Virus record (IMG/VR): IMGVR_UViG_3300037419_000317 | Source of the DNA: a virus | Reading direction: 5' to 3' (one strand) | Length of the DNA: 64,000 bases | Part shown: piece after piece, positions 50,701-57,875 of the stretch | Position numbering within the stretch: position 1 is the first letter of the stretch | Layout of the letters: each line of letters starts with the position of its first letter | Notes under the pieces: model-generated | Databases searched by the model: none | What the model saw: the letters and a program-made list of their open reading frames with translations, nothing else | Told to the model about the DNA's origin: nothing | Made by a program: the position numbers and the translations under genes

Positions 50701-51910
50701 TGTCACGTTTGGTGCAACTATCTCAGCATCTGGTACAAACTATATTGGCTTGCAACCCGATTCAACAACCACTAGTTATGCAGGCGACGGTAATAGTGGT
50801 ATGTATATTTGGGGAGCACAGCTTGAGGTGGGAAGTTCTCCAACAAGCTACATACCAAGCAGTCTGACGTTCACTTCGCGTGGATCGACAGGAACTTACG
50901 TTGACCTGAACGGAGTGTTGCAGACAGCCGCAGCAAACGTGGCACGCTTTACGTACGAGCCTAGTAACTTGTCTGTGCAGCCGTACTTGTTGTTGGAAGC
51001 TGCTGCGACGAATTATATGTATAACTCCCAAAGTTTCACTGGCTGGACAGGAGCGGTGGCTGTTAGTGGAAGTACATCTAGTTACAGAGGTGTTCCATAC
51101 ATGACATTGGCTAAAACAACGTCCACCTCAAACGAGAACCTTGCGTCTAATGGAATTGCCGTTGCGGCTGGTGCGTATCTGACACTGACTATCGCGCTAC
51201 GTGCAGGGACAACTACCAGCACCAGTGTTGGAGTTTATGACTCGTCTGGTGGGACAGTTTGGGGGGTGAACTCTGACACTGTGTTTAGTGTAATCGAGGG
51301 TTCTGGAGTTGTGGCACAGGCTAATGGAGGTTTGATTAGTGTTACAGGACTTTCAGCTACGGCAGATACGGTAGTTCAGATTACACGTAGGTATTCTGCA
51401 AGCGGAACTAGCCAAGTGCTGATTTACCCCGGACTGTCAACTTCCACAACGATTGGGCACTCTATTCTTGCAACAAGGGTGCAACTGGAAGATGGGCGTG
51501 GAGCTACTAGTTACATTCCTACTTTGACTAGTGCATCAGCATCCCGTTCCGCAGATGTCTACACAAGCAGTACAGGTAGCCGTGCAGCAGACATTGTAAC
51601 AAGCGCAGTGACTGTGAGGGCAGCGGATACGCCAAGTATTCGTAACAACATCTACAGCCCTGATATTCCTATCCGGGTTGGAGATTTGACGACAACTACT
51701 GTGCCGTACTCTTATTCGACAGGTGGTGCGACTATTGCACTACCTACTCCGGTAGCCATTAGTGTACCTAGCTATAACGGAGATGTTGTGGCTGATCCGA
51801 AGTTGGACCCTGTTACGTACGCACCGTTGGCTGGATCACCGTTGCTTGACACAAGTTGGCGTGACAACATCAGAATGTTCACAGTTCCGATGGCTGTAAG
51901 TGATAAATAA
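47738..51910 (+). CDS. large modular tail fibre / host-recognition protein (1390 aa)
   Basis: N-terminal ~430 aa have beta-helix-like repeats (NNIITAATATS, NTIYLGTTG, NTITLIAGS, NTCNYNG). Four ~200-aa modules follow, each ending in WGAQLEVG..TSYIPS-like motifs. Confidence 0.8.
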   Translation: MTAYYIDPSAATNGTGTSASPYNTWTGVPVGAGYQYFQKRGTSWTGTFPVLTAGTSGNLTLVSSYYNADGSDDTTQAKPILNLGDSQLQIDSFMKMTNMDVRNSRVTMAGTMPAIFFKGGATDSEVSSCTVTSNLAGIGAYGSSRITIANNIITAATATSLSSNLAQGIFLNNSVSCDSVTITGNTIYLGTTGTQVRGIYCITNGPGFGLTNLLVKSNTITLIAGSAALASDSTSHFGVSVTYAISPEISYNTITSLSLGMVISTGCSNPWVHHNTCNYNGSKFYGGILVTSTTIGSLVEWNTCRHNVSYGILVDNTNDANITRFNDCSLTQLDGSGIANYVFKCVVYGNTLYKNGGAGIVVGSTGWDDTGGRIITGNYLIQNTTDQYGSSQIKLNNIVGTRSVVSNNLFVGGKGGINESSCSNIEKSDNIFLSQSQFAIATVPQYVRNSIGSYYDFQGILRNADIGVTRSNYNPANLSTGYTTLLENSTTNLLTYSDNFAKWLPNGDVSTFNYGISPDGSKTSCLVASGSRYNPANMAIGSTYTYSLHVKKGTGLSVNLYIDGTTTLLSTFTFSSELFSGTSAGCTTQMTKLVNGWYRLALTFTAPQASKNFHIFPVSGSVEFWGAQLEVGTVATSYIPSPTKFVSRASAKSYYGQGGILRYAGNDQAAYDYDPSTVRYENLVLWSEDLGPWTRSASSSLSPDATTAPDGTVSADLLTNTTGGDFVSGFNAVPLNVVSGAGYTASVYVKAGTSSKFDLRVISGTTDVTASANLSNGTLTGGSGSVISAGAGWYRVILPFTAQTVTANIYVYPRGQFASGTAGGVYIWGAQVNSGSTALEYAKTTDTAKPKTYMDKGFSVEAAGTNLYSYSGQFDNAVWSKSATSITPNATIGPNGATVAAFLREDSTTAAHEIRTPSVSLTAGTTYTQSVFAKAGSRRYLRVGFSSVFGGSNNYAVFDLQVGSVAFTGSGIASTAIQAVANGFYRCSVTFGATISASGTNYIGLQPDSTTTSYAGDGNSGMYIWGAQLEVGSSPTSYIPSSLTFTSRGSTGTYVDLNGVLQTAAANVARFTYEPSNLSVQPYLLLEAAATNYMYNSQSFTGWTGAVAVSGSTSSYRGVPYMTLAKTTSTSNENLASNGIAVAAGAYLTLTIALRAGTTTSTSVGVYDSSGGTVWGVNSDTVFSVIEGSGVVAQANGGLISVTGLSATADTVVQITRRYSASGTSQVLIYPGLSTSTTIGHSILATRVQLEDGRGATSYIPTLTSASASRSADVYTSSTGSRAADIVTSAVTVRAADTPSIRNNIYSPDIPIRVGDLTTTTVPYSYSTGGATIALPTPVAISVPSYNGDVVADPKLDPVTYAPLAGSPLLDTSWRDNIRMFTVPMAVSDK
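49608..50829 (+). repeat. 22-nt identical repeat TTTGGGGAGCACAGCTTGAGGT exactly 1200 nt apart, inside the fibre gene
   Basis: Copies at 49608-49629 and 50808-50829. They mark modules 1 and 3. Confidence 0.85.
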
Positions 51911-51915
51911 GAAAG

Positions 51916-51937
51916 CCCCGCGAAAGCGGGGTTCTAT
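51916..51937 (+). terminator. rho-independent terminator
   Basis: CCCCGC-GAAA-GCGGGG followed by TTCTAT. Confidence 0.65.
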
Positions 51938-51948
51938 AAAGGACATTT

Positions 51949-52455
51949 ATGAAATTCTCTGAGTTTAAAAATGTTGTTAAAGATGGAGACTTAGTGGCAC
52001 TTTCTCACCAATCTTGGAAAACTGAGAAGGATATTGAGAGTCAAATCGTCCGCATTGTAACTGAGTCTGAATTCTCGCATGTTTGTGTAGCATACAATCA
52101 CGATGGTGTCCATTCTGTGATAGAAGCTGTGGTGCCATCAATAAGCATTACGCCATTAGAAACAAGGCTTGATGAGGGATTCTTCCATATTGCCACTCCA
52201 GATAAGCCAATGACAGCATTGGAAAAGCAATGGGCACTTTCTAAGCTCGGAGAAAGCTATTCGAAGCTAGAAGCCATTGAAGGCTATTTTGGATGGTTGA
52301 AAATTGGAAGTGATAGAAATTGGCAGTGCTCCGAATTGACCATTGCTATGCGAAGGTTTTCAGGATTAGACCTTGGGCCGAAGCCCACGCCAGCAGCAGT
52401 GGTAAGAAAAGCCCTTGAGATGGGCTATACATTAAATTTTGTTACTAGGGATTAA
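51949..52455 (+). CDS. YiiX/C92-type permuted papain-like cysteine peptidase (168 aa)
   Basis: AAAGGA SD. SEFSHVCVAY (His) and NWQCSELT (Cys) motifs. First gene of the lysis cluster. Confidence 0.5.
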   Translation: MKFSEFKNVVKDGDLVALSHQSWKTEKDIESQIVRIVTESEFSHVCVAYNHDGVHSVIEAVVPSISITPLETRLDEGFFHIATPDKPMTALEKQWALSKLGESYSKLEAIEGYFGWLKIGSDRNWQCSELTIAMRRFSGLDLGPKPTPAAVVRKALEMGYTLNFVTRD

Positions 52456-52457
52456 GG

Positions 52458-52736
52458 ATGGACAACGCAACACTCTCTTGGATTGTAGAAGCACTGTTGG
52501 GGGCGCTATGCTGTGTCCTGTGGAGCAATTTGAATGATGTGAAGAGAAAGGCTGATAAAGTGGCTGAAGACTTGGCAGACTATAAAACTCAATCTGCATC
52601 TACTTACATTACTAAGGTGGAACTGAAAGACGCAGTGGAATCTTTAAATCAGGCGTTCGAACGTCATGCTAGCAGGATTGATGCTCGGTTAGACCGTCTA
52701 GAGGAACACATCATGGAAATGAAGAAAGGTAAGTAA
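52458..52736 (+). CDS. membrane-anchored coiled-coil protein (holin- or i-spanin-like, 92 aa)
   Basis: N-terminal TM helix LSWIVEALLGALCCVLW, then a charged helix. Lies upstream of the endolysin. Confidence 0.55.
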   Translation: MDNATLSWIVEALLGALCCVLWSNLNDVKRKADKVAEDLADYKTQSASTYITKVELKDAVESLNQAFERHASRIDARLDRLEEHIMEMKKGK

Positions 52737-53272
52737 TGGAAATAACGCTTGCGCAACTAATCAGTATTGCTCCTTCTTCAAAGCCGCGTGCAAGCGTTTT
52801 CTTAGCGCCCCTTAACGCTGCGATGAAGGAATTCGAAATAGATGCCTCTCCGGCTCGCATAGCGGCCTTCCTAGCGCAGATATTGCATGAGAGTGGTTCC
52901 CTATTGTACACGGAAGAAATCGCCTCTGGAGCCTCCTATAACGGGCGCAAGGACTTGGGCAATACACATCCCGGATGGGGAGAGTTGTACAAGGGCCGGG
53001 GACTTATCCAGATTACCGGATATTACAATTATACAGCCGTAATGATGGCTCTTGGGATTGACTGTGTAGAGCATCCTGAGATTCTTAAAGAGCCTGTCAA
53101 TGCATGTCGTAGCGCAGCATGGTTTTGGAAGGATAGGAATTTAAGTTCCCTAGCAGACCAAAATACTGATGAAGCATTTATAAAAATAACTAAGCGCGTG
53201 AATGGAGGTACAAATGGCCTTCAAGATCGCATATCATTTTACCATAGAGCAAAGGAAATACTTAATGTTTAA
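52736..53272 (+). CDS. endolysin, glycoside hydrolase family 19 (chitinase-like)
   Basis: AAFLAQILHESGSLLYTEE and YKGRGLIQITGYYNY motifs. TAATG overlap. Confidence 0.85.
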   Translation: MEITLAQLISIAPSSKPRASVFLAPLNAAMKEFEIDASPARIAAFLAQILHESGSLLYTEEIASGASYNGRKDLGNTHPGWGELYKGRGLIQITGYYNYTAVMMALGIDCVEHPEILKEPVNACRSAAWFWKDRNLSSLADQNTDEAFIKITKRVNGGTNGLQDRISFYHRAKEILNV

Positions 53273-53753
53273 CAAACTAATGCAATTCTACAACCTCTTT
53301 AAACAGGGGCAACAGGTTTCCAATCCGGCGTTCTGGAAAAAAGGTCAAGCTTTTGTACAGCCAATTGTCGCAGGGTTGATTATGTCTGTTGTAGCACTCC
53401 TGAAAAGTTATGGATACTCTCTACCTATTTCGGACGATATGGCTGTCACTATTGCTGGCGCTCTTTTCTTCATCGTCAATGGCGTCCTCACAGTGGTCAC
53501 TTCCGCACATATCGGCATTCCCGCCAAACCCGGAAGTGTGCCAGCCGCACAACAGGCTCTGCCAAGCGTACAACAAAGAGCTTCTGAAGAAGCAGCACAA
53601 AGCCCCATGCAGCCTGTCAATAGCGCCCCTTCTCAATCAGCCCCTGTTGGCACAACAAGCATTGACGCAGACGTTGTTGAGCGAGCAAAACAATGGGCAG
53701 CAGAACACAGTAAATTTGACAACGATCAAAACCCAAGCTACTACAATCCTTGA
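53265..53753 (+). CDS. membrane protein of the lysis cluster (holin candidate, 162 aa)
   Basis: ATG 53265 overlaps the endolysin end. TM helices VQPIVAGLIMSVVALL and VTIAGALFFIVNGVLTVV. Pro/Gln/Ser-rich tail. Confidence 0.55.
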   Translation: MFNKLMQFYNLFKQGQQVSNPAFWKKGQAFVQPIVAGLIMSVVALLKSYGYSLPISDDMAVTIAGALFFIVNGVLTVVTSAHIGIPAKPGSVPAAQQALPSVQQRASEEAAQSPMQPVNSAPSQSAPVGTTSIDADVVERAKQWAAEHSKFDNDQNPSYYNP

Positions 53754-53872
53754 ATCTGTAGATGGAATAAGCATGCATCTTAAATGTAGCTTATATAAAT
53801 AGAAAAGGGAAGGAAGCCCCTAAGAGCATCCTTCCCCACTCGTTTCACTTTGTTCGCTCTTGGTAGAGCCTT

Positions 53873-53910
53873 GCCCCGCTATCCTTCACAGGACGCGGGG
53901 CTTCTTTTTA
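53873..53910 (+). terminator. terminator hairpin at the convergent module junction
   Basis: GCCCCGC-15 nt-GCGGGGC followed by TTCTTTTTA. A second hairpin GGGAAGGA/TCCTTCCC lies at 53807-53836. Confidence 0.6.
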
Positions 53911-54177
53911 GGCTGCTTTAGCGGCTTTGACGAAGGCACCCACAGAATTGTAAAAGGTGACAAGAGCACCGATAACAGCCGTGACATGACCCACGATTTG
54001 ATCGAATGGAACAACAGGGCTAGATGCATCGTACAGCGGCTTGATGATAGCCAGAGCCAGATCGAGCTTTGCTTTACCATTGCCCGGAGTGCTCGATTGG
54101 CCTTCCACAGCTTTAACGGTGTCCGAAATAACGGGCAGCAGGGTCAGGATGACATTAGAGATAGCCGACAGATTCAT
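53908..54177 (-). CDS. hypothetical membrane-associated protein (89 aa)
   Basis: GAGGGAGAA SD. Hydrophobic N-terminus (ISNVILTLLPVI) and C-terminus (VTAVIGALVTFY). Confidence 0.6.
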   Translation of the reverse strand: MNLSAISNVILTLLPVISDTVKAVEGQSSTPGNGKAKLDLALAIIKPLYDASSPVVPFDQIVGHVTAVIGALVTFYNSVGAFVKAAKAA

Positions 54178-54245
54178 TAATAATTCTCCCTCAAGATAGT
54201 AATGTAAAGATAAATGTTAAGTTTGTGTCCTAGTTGGACAATATC

Positions 54246-54357
54246 TGTTCTGTTATTCTTGTTCTTGAACACGAGTATGCACATGGTCAAGATTACCGTC
54301 AAGCACTTTCTTGCGTTGTGGCAAGGATACAGAACAGAATGAAACAGTGCTTGACGG
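54246..54357. repeat. two interleaved inverted repeats (A..B..A'..B')
   Basis: CTGTTCTGT 54246 pairs with ACAGAACAG 54329. CCGTCAAGCACT 54296 pairs with AGTGCTTGACGG 54346. Confidence 0.8.
54274..54302 (-). promoter_or_regulatory. sigma70-like promoter (minus)
   Basis: Minus strand reads TTGACG-N17-CATACT. The -35 lies inside repeat arm B. Confidence 0.45.
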
Positions 54358-54372
54358 ACACTTCGTTAGCTG

Positions 54373-54636
54373 TTAGTCGTCCACAGCCGAGTTTAGTGCA
54401 GCAATCATCTCAGCGTCAGCGACGATTTTCTTGGTCTTGTCTGCAAAGCGAGCCTTGAACCATTTGCTAACAACCTTCTTGTCAAGCTTGGTTTTCTCTG
54501 CTGCCTCTTCCGCAAGCTCTTTGAAGTCAAGGCCAGCTTCACGTTGAGTATCAAGAAGGCTTAGGCCACGCTGGAGGTACTTGGTCAGTTCTGCAACGTC
54601 GAAGGTTGCGCCATCAATAGATACGGTTTTGCTCAT
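54373..54636 (-). CDS. hypothetical protein (87 aa)
   Basis: GGAGAAAAC SD. ATGA-type overlap with the upstream gene. Confidence 0.6.
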   Translation of the reverse strand: MSKTVSIDGATFDVAELTKYLQRGLSLLDTQREAGLDFKELAEEAAEKTKLDKKVVSKWFKARFADKTKKIVADAEMIAALNSAVDD

Positions 54637-54821
54637 TCAGTTTTCTCCTTGTTCATACGGTACGACAAAATAATACCTTGATACATTTTAAGAAGGTCTT
54701 CTGCGGACTTTTCAACGTTTTCTAAAGCCTTCTGCACAGTAGAAAAATCTTCTGGGCGGTCTTTCATTTGCTGATATGCAACCTTGAGGGCATAATACAA
54801 TTCGCCACTAGTAATGTTCAT
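54633..54821 (-). CDS. hypothetical protein (62 aa)
   Basis: GGAGAGAC SD. Confidence 0.6.
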   Translation of the reverse strand: MNITSGELYYALKVAYQQMKDRPEDFSTVQKALENVEKSAEDLLKMYQGIILSYRMNKEKTE

Positions 54822-54830
54822 TGTCTCTCC

Positions 54831-55052
54831 TTAATTGATATTGCCACGCTTGGCAGCACGTTTAGCTGCGCGTTGCTTCTTCAGTTCTCTCTTTTCGTGA
54901 TTCACGAAAGTGCCAGCGTAAGAACTGTCCCAAAACTCCTTGCCACGCTTGAGAGCCTTTACAGCCTTGGTGGACTCCTTGCGGCGTGCTTTGTATGCTT
55001 CAAAGTCTTCGTCAATACCGCGTTCAAGGCTGGTGTAAATCTTTTCAGTCAT
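54831..55052 (-). CDS. hypothetical basic protein (73 aa)
   Basis: GAGGCAG SD. C-terminal KKQRAAKRAAKRGNIN. Confidence 0.6.
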   Translation of the reverse strand: MTEKIYTSLERGIDEDFEAYKARRKESTKAVKALKRGKEFWDSSYAGTFVNHEKRELKKQRAAKRAAKRGNIN

Positions 55053-55246
55053 TCTTGTTCTGCCTCTTTAACAATCATGTAGCGAGTGCTGGTCAGGTAG
55101 TTAATAGTCATCGCAGTGGGGTAGTCAAGTCGGATGACATTCACCAGTTTATCGGGATTCCCCTCTGGATAGCCCTTATCCCACACTTCTACGACAACCT
55201 TGAAGTAGCTGGTGTCAGCGTTCTCAATTCGTACAGTTTTAGTCAA
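55049..55246 (-). CDS. hypothetical protein (65 aa)
   Basis: TTG start 5 nt after an AAGGAGAG SD. Confidence 0.55.
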   Translation of the reverse strand: MTKTVRIENADTSYFKVVVEVWDKGYPEGNPDKLVNVIRLDYPTAMTINYLTSTRYMIVKEAEQE

Positions 55247-55257
55247 AACTTCTCTCC

Positions 55258-55551
55258 TTATTTCTTAGCAGTAGGTTTTTTAGCTACCACAGCTTTCTTA
55301 GTTGCAGGTTTCTTAGTTTCTGGCTTGACATCCGTCCACCAGCCAAGTTCTTTAGCTTTCTGAAGGGCTGCTACAAGGTGAGGGACATCAGTCTTTTTCA
55401 AGATCACAGTGTCATCATCATTATCATTGGTATAAAAAGCAATGTAAGTGCTTTCTTGTGAAATGGCGCTGATAAAATCCCAATCCTTCTCCGCAAACAC
55501 AATCTTCTCAATCTTCTGTTCTTTACCACCACGAATATCAAGAGTATTCAT
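55258..55551 (-). CDS. hypothetical protein with histone-H1/AlgP-like Lys-Ala-Pro tail (97 aa)
   Basis: GGGAGGGG SD. C-terminal PETKKPATKKAVVAKKPTAKK. Confidence 0.6.
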   Translation of the reverse strand: MNTLDIRGGKEQKIEKIVFAEKDWDFISAISQESTYIAFYTNDNDDDTVILKKTDVPHLVAALQKAKELGWWTDVKPETKKPATKKAVVAKKPTAKK

Positions 55552-55563
55552 TAAGCCCCTCCC

Positions 55564-55764
55564 TTAGAAATAACCCAGCACCGCGCCCAACGGAAACGCC
55601 AACACACCAACACAGCGAGCAATAAACATTGCAGTAATGGGGCCACCAATAGTGTGTACGATGCCAGCAATATTCATAATCCAGCCTGCAATAGCTGCGA
55701 CAATTACCGCAAGATAGATAAGGGCTGCGACACCAGCTACATTACCTTTTTGATTTTTAATCAT
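55564..55764 (-). CDS. small membrane protein (66 aa)
   Basis: GGAGAA SD. Two hydrophobic helices (VAALIYLAVIVAAIAGWIMNIAGIV; AMFIARCVGVLAFPLGAVLGYF). Confidence 0.65.
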   Translation of the reverse strand: MIKNQKGNVAGVAALIYLAVIVAAIAGWIMNIAGIVHTIGGPITAMFIARCVGVLAFPLGAVLGYF

Positions 55765-55827
55765 ATCAATTCTCCTTAAAATGTTAGTTGTCTGCCTTAC
55801 GGCAAGTCTTTGCTATGACAAGAAGGC

Positions 55828-55856
55828 ATTCTACGCCACAGTTTGCCCCTTGTCAA
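55828..55856 (-). promoter_or_regulatory. sigma70-like promoter (minus)
   Basis: Minus strand reads TTGACA-N17-TAGAAT. Confidence 0.7.
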
Positions 55857-55869
55857 TAGCTTGTTGAGA

Positions 55870-56121
55870 TTATTTAAGTTTGTTGTGAAGGTCTGCGTCA
55901 GACAGGCTACTAAGCCCTTTAAAGCCTCCCTCTACAAATAGCTTGCCGTCAAGGTAGAGTTGTGGCATAGAGCGGTGTCCTTCTTTCTTAAGAAACTCCC
56001 AAGCGTCGAAGTCTTCATCAATCTTCACAACTATGTATGCCACACCTTTAGCCTCCAGTAGCTTTGCAGCTTGAACACATTGAGCACATCCATTCATTGA
56101 ATACAACGTAAGCTTCTTCAT
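55870..56121 (-). CDS. glutaredoxin/NrdH-like redoxin (83 aa)
   Basis: LYSMNGCAQCVQAAKLL CxxC motif. AAGGAAG SD. Immediately downstream of nrdA. Confidence 0.8.
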   Translation of the reverse strand: MKKLTLYSMNGCAQCVQAAKLLEAKGVAYIVVKIDEDFDAWEFLKKEGHRSMPQLYLDGKLFVEGGFKGLSSLSDADLHNKLK

Positions 56122-56129
56122 AACTTCCT

Positions 56130-57875
56130 TCATTGGCACGAAACACATTCACTGCTGCTACTCACAACACCACGGCTGCTGTAGACATAATACAGGCTGA
56201 GAATGTCTTCATTCTCGAAAGCTTCTTGGTGAATCTCCGAGATAAGCTTCTCATCTGCATCTCCAGCAAAGAACAGGTTGGTGCTCTGTCCTTGGTCAAT
56301 GTACTTCTGTCGCGCAGCAGCAAGCCGCACAATGTCTCGCTGGTTGATTTCAAAAGCGGTTTTGAAAACCCGCTTTTCTTCGTCTGTCAGCCAATCTACA
56401 TGCTGCACGCTACCTTGACTACGAACAGTATCCTTGATACAAGCTTCTACGTCAAGACCCTTATCTTTAATAACCTTAAGAAGTGTTGGATTTACGCGGT
56501 CCACCTCTCCTGCTGCTGTAAGCTGGGTAAAACTCATAGCAACGTCAGGATTGATACCTTCACTGATGCCTCCATAGATCAGCGCAGTGCTCTTCGTGGG
56601 AGCCACGGCCATCCTATGAGTAAATCGTACACCGTAACCCTTGCACCACTCAGGCTCTCCAAGTTCTTGTGAGAGCCACTTGGATGCTTGTTGGGACTGC
56701 TCATCAATCTGCTTGAATACCTTCAGATTGAACATATGGGCGTCCACACCCCCAAACTCCATCATGTGCTCTTGTAGATAAGTGTGGAAGCCGCCTGCAC
56801 CAAGACCAATTGCTCGGCCCTTAACAGTGGAAGCTACAGCCTTCTCCATCCCTTTAATCTTGCTTGCCTGTTCGATGAACTCCGACACAACACAGTCAAG
56901 GAAGACAGTGGCAACAAATACAGCATCCGTATCTTTCCATTCGTCGTACTTGGCAAGATTCATCCAAGAGAGAACACAGGTATACGTGTATTCAACACTA
57001 GAGTGAAGGAAGATTTCAGAGCAAAGTTGGCTTGCCTTCACCATCAATCCCAAGTCTTTATACATCTCAGGACGATGACGATTCACCTTATCAACGAAGA
57101 AGAAGTAACCCTTCCCGAAGATCATCTTTGCTTTCAGTGCTCGTTGGTAACGTTTAATCGCTTCCTTATTACCTTTCTGAAGTTTGGAAATAAACTTATC
57201 CGTAATAATCCAACCAATATTGAGGTCATCGGGTTGCTCTTCAAGATACTGTACTACCTCCCAAAAGTCGCCGTGCTGAATATCTAGATAACCAGCCCAA
57301 GCACCACGGCGAGAAGTGCCTTGGGCAACGTCGCGCATATCTTGCACAAAATGCTTGATTACAGGCAGGACGCCAGAAGCTTTGCCACCAACACTGATAG
57401 GACTACCACGTTTCCTAATGCCAGATAGATCAGAAGCTGTGCCAAACCCTTGTTTGGTGAGGATGGCGATTTCTCTGTATGCGTCATAAAATCCTTCAAT
57501 ACTGTCATCAACTACACTACCTGCACAACTTACAGGGCATCCTCGATTGGTTCCCATGTTAGCAAGGACAGGTGTGGAGCACGCTACCCAACCATTCCAC
57601 AGCACCCTAAAAAACTTGTTGTACCAGTAGTCATATGCTGTGATGTCCCGGCATTCCAAATCGTAATCTGCATTGTGAGGTGCTACAACTTTTGGAGCAT
57701 GTTTAGCTGCTGTTGCGGCAATTCTACTAAATTGATTCCAAGGGCTCTCTGCTTCATACAGATACTTCTGTTTGAACATCTGATATCCAGACGTGCTCAT
57801 CCAATCTGGGACAGTCCCTGCTGCTTGCCCTGCTTTTCGTTCCGCGCTGAGTTGTTCGTAAAGATTTTCACTCAT
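56130..57875 (-). CDS. nrdA: ribonucleotide reductase class I alpha subunit, no ATP-cone (581 aa)
   Basis: Active-site SQLCSEI. YY...C-terminal ECVSCQ. ATGA coupling to the nrdB stop. Confidence 0.85.
   Translation of the reverse strand: MSENLYEQLSAERKAGQAAGTVPDWMSTSGYQMFKQKYLYEAESPWNQFSRIAATAAKHAPKVVAPHNADYDLECRDITAYDYWYNKFFRVLWNGWVACSTPVLANMGTNRGCPVSCAGSVVDDSIEGFYDAYREIAILTKQGFGTASDLSGIRKRGSPISVGGKASGVLPVIKHFVQDMRDVAQGTSRRGAWAGYLDIQHGDFWEVVQYLEEQPDDLNIGWIITDKFISKLQKGNKEAIKRYQRALKAKMIFGKGYFFFVDKVNRHRPEMYKDLGLMVKASQLCSEIFLHSSVEYTYTCVLSWMNLAKYDEWKDTDAVFVATVFLDCVVSEFIEQASKIKGMEKAVASTVKGRAIGLGAGGFHTYLQEHMMEFGGVDAHMFNLKVFKQIDEQSQQASKWLSQELGEPEWCKGYGVRFTHRMAVAPTKSTALIYGGISEGINPDVAMSFTQLTAAGEVDRVNPTLLKVIKDKGLDVEACIKDTVRSQGSVQHVDWLTDEEKRVFKTAFEINQRDIVRLAAARQKYIDQGQSTNLFFAGDADEKLISEIHQEAFENEDILSLYYVYSSRGVVSSSSECVSCQ

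Noticed and set aside
53860-54180. Plus-strand track ORF 53860-54180, antisense to 53908-54177.
   Set aside because: The minus-strand ORF has a GAGGGAGAA SD, a promoter and membrane-protein-like composition. The plus ORF starts inside the terminator hairpin and has no SD.
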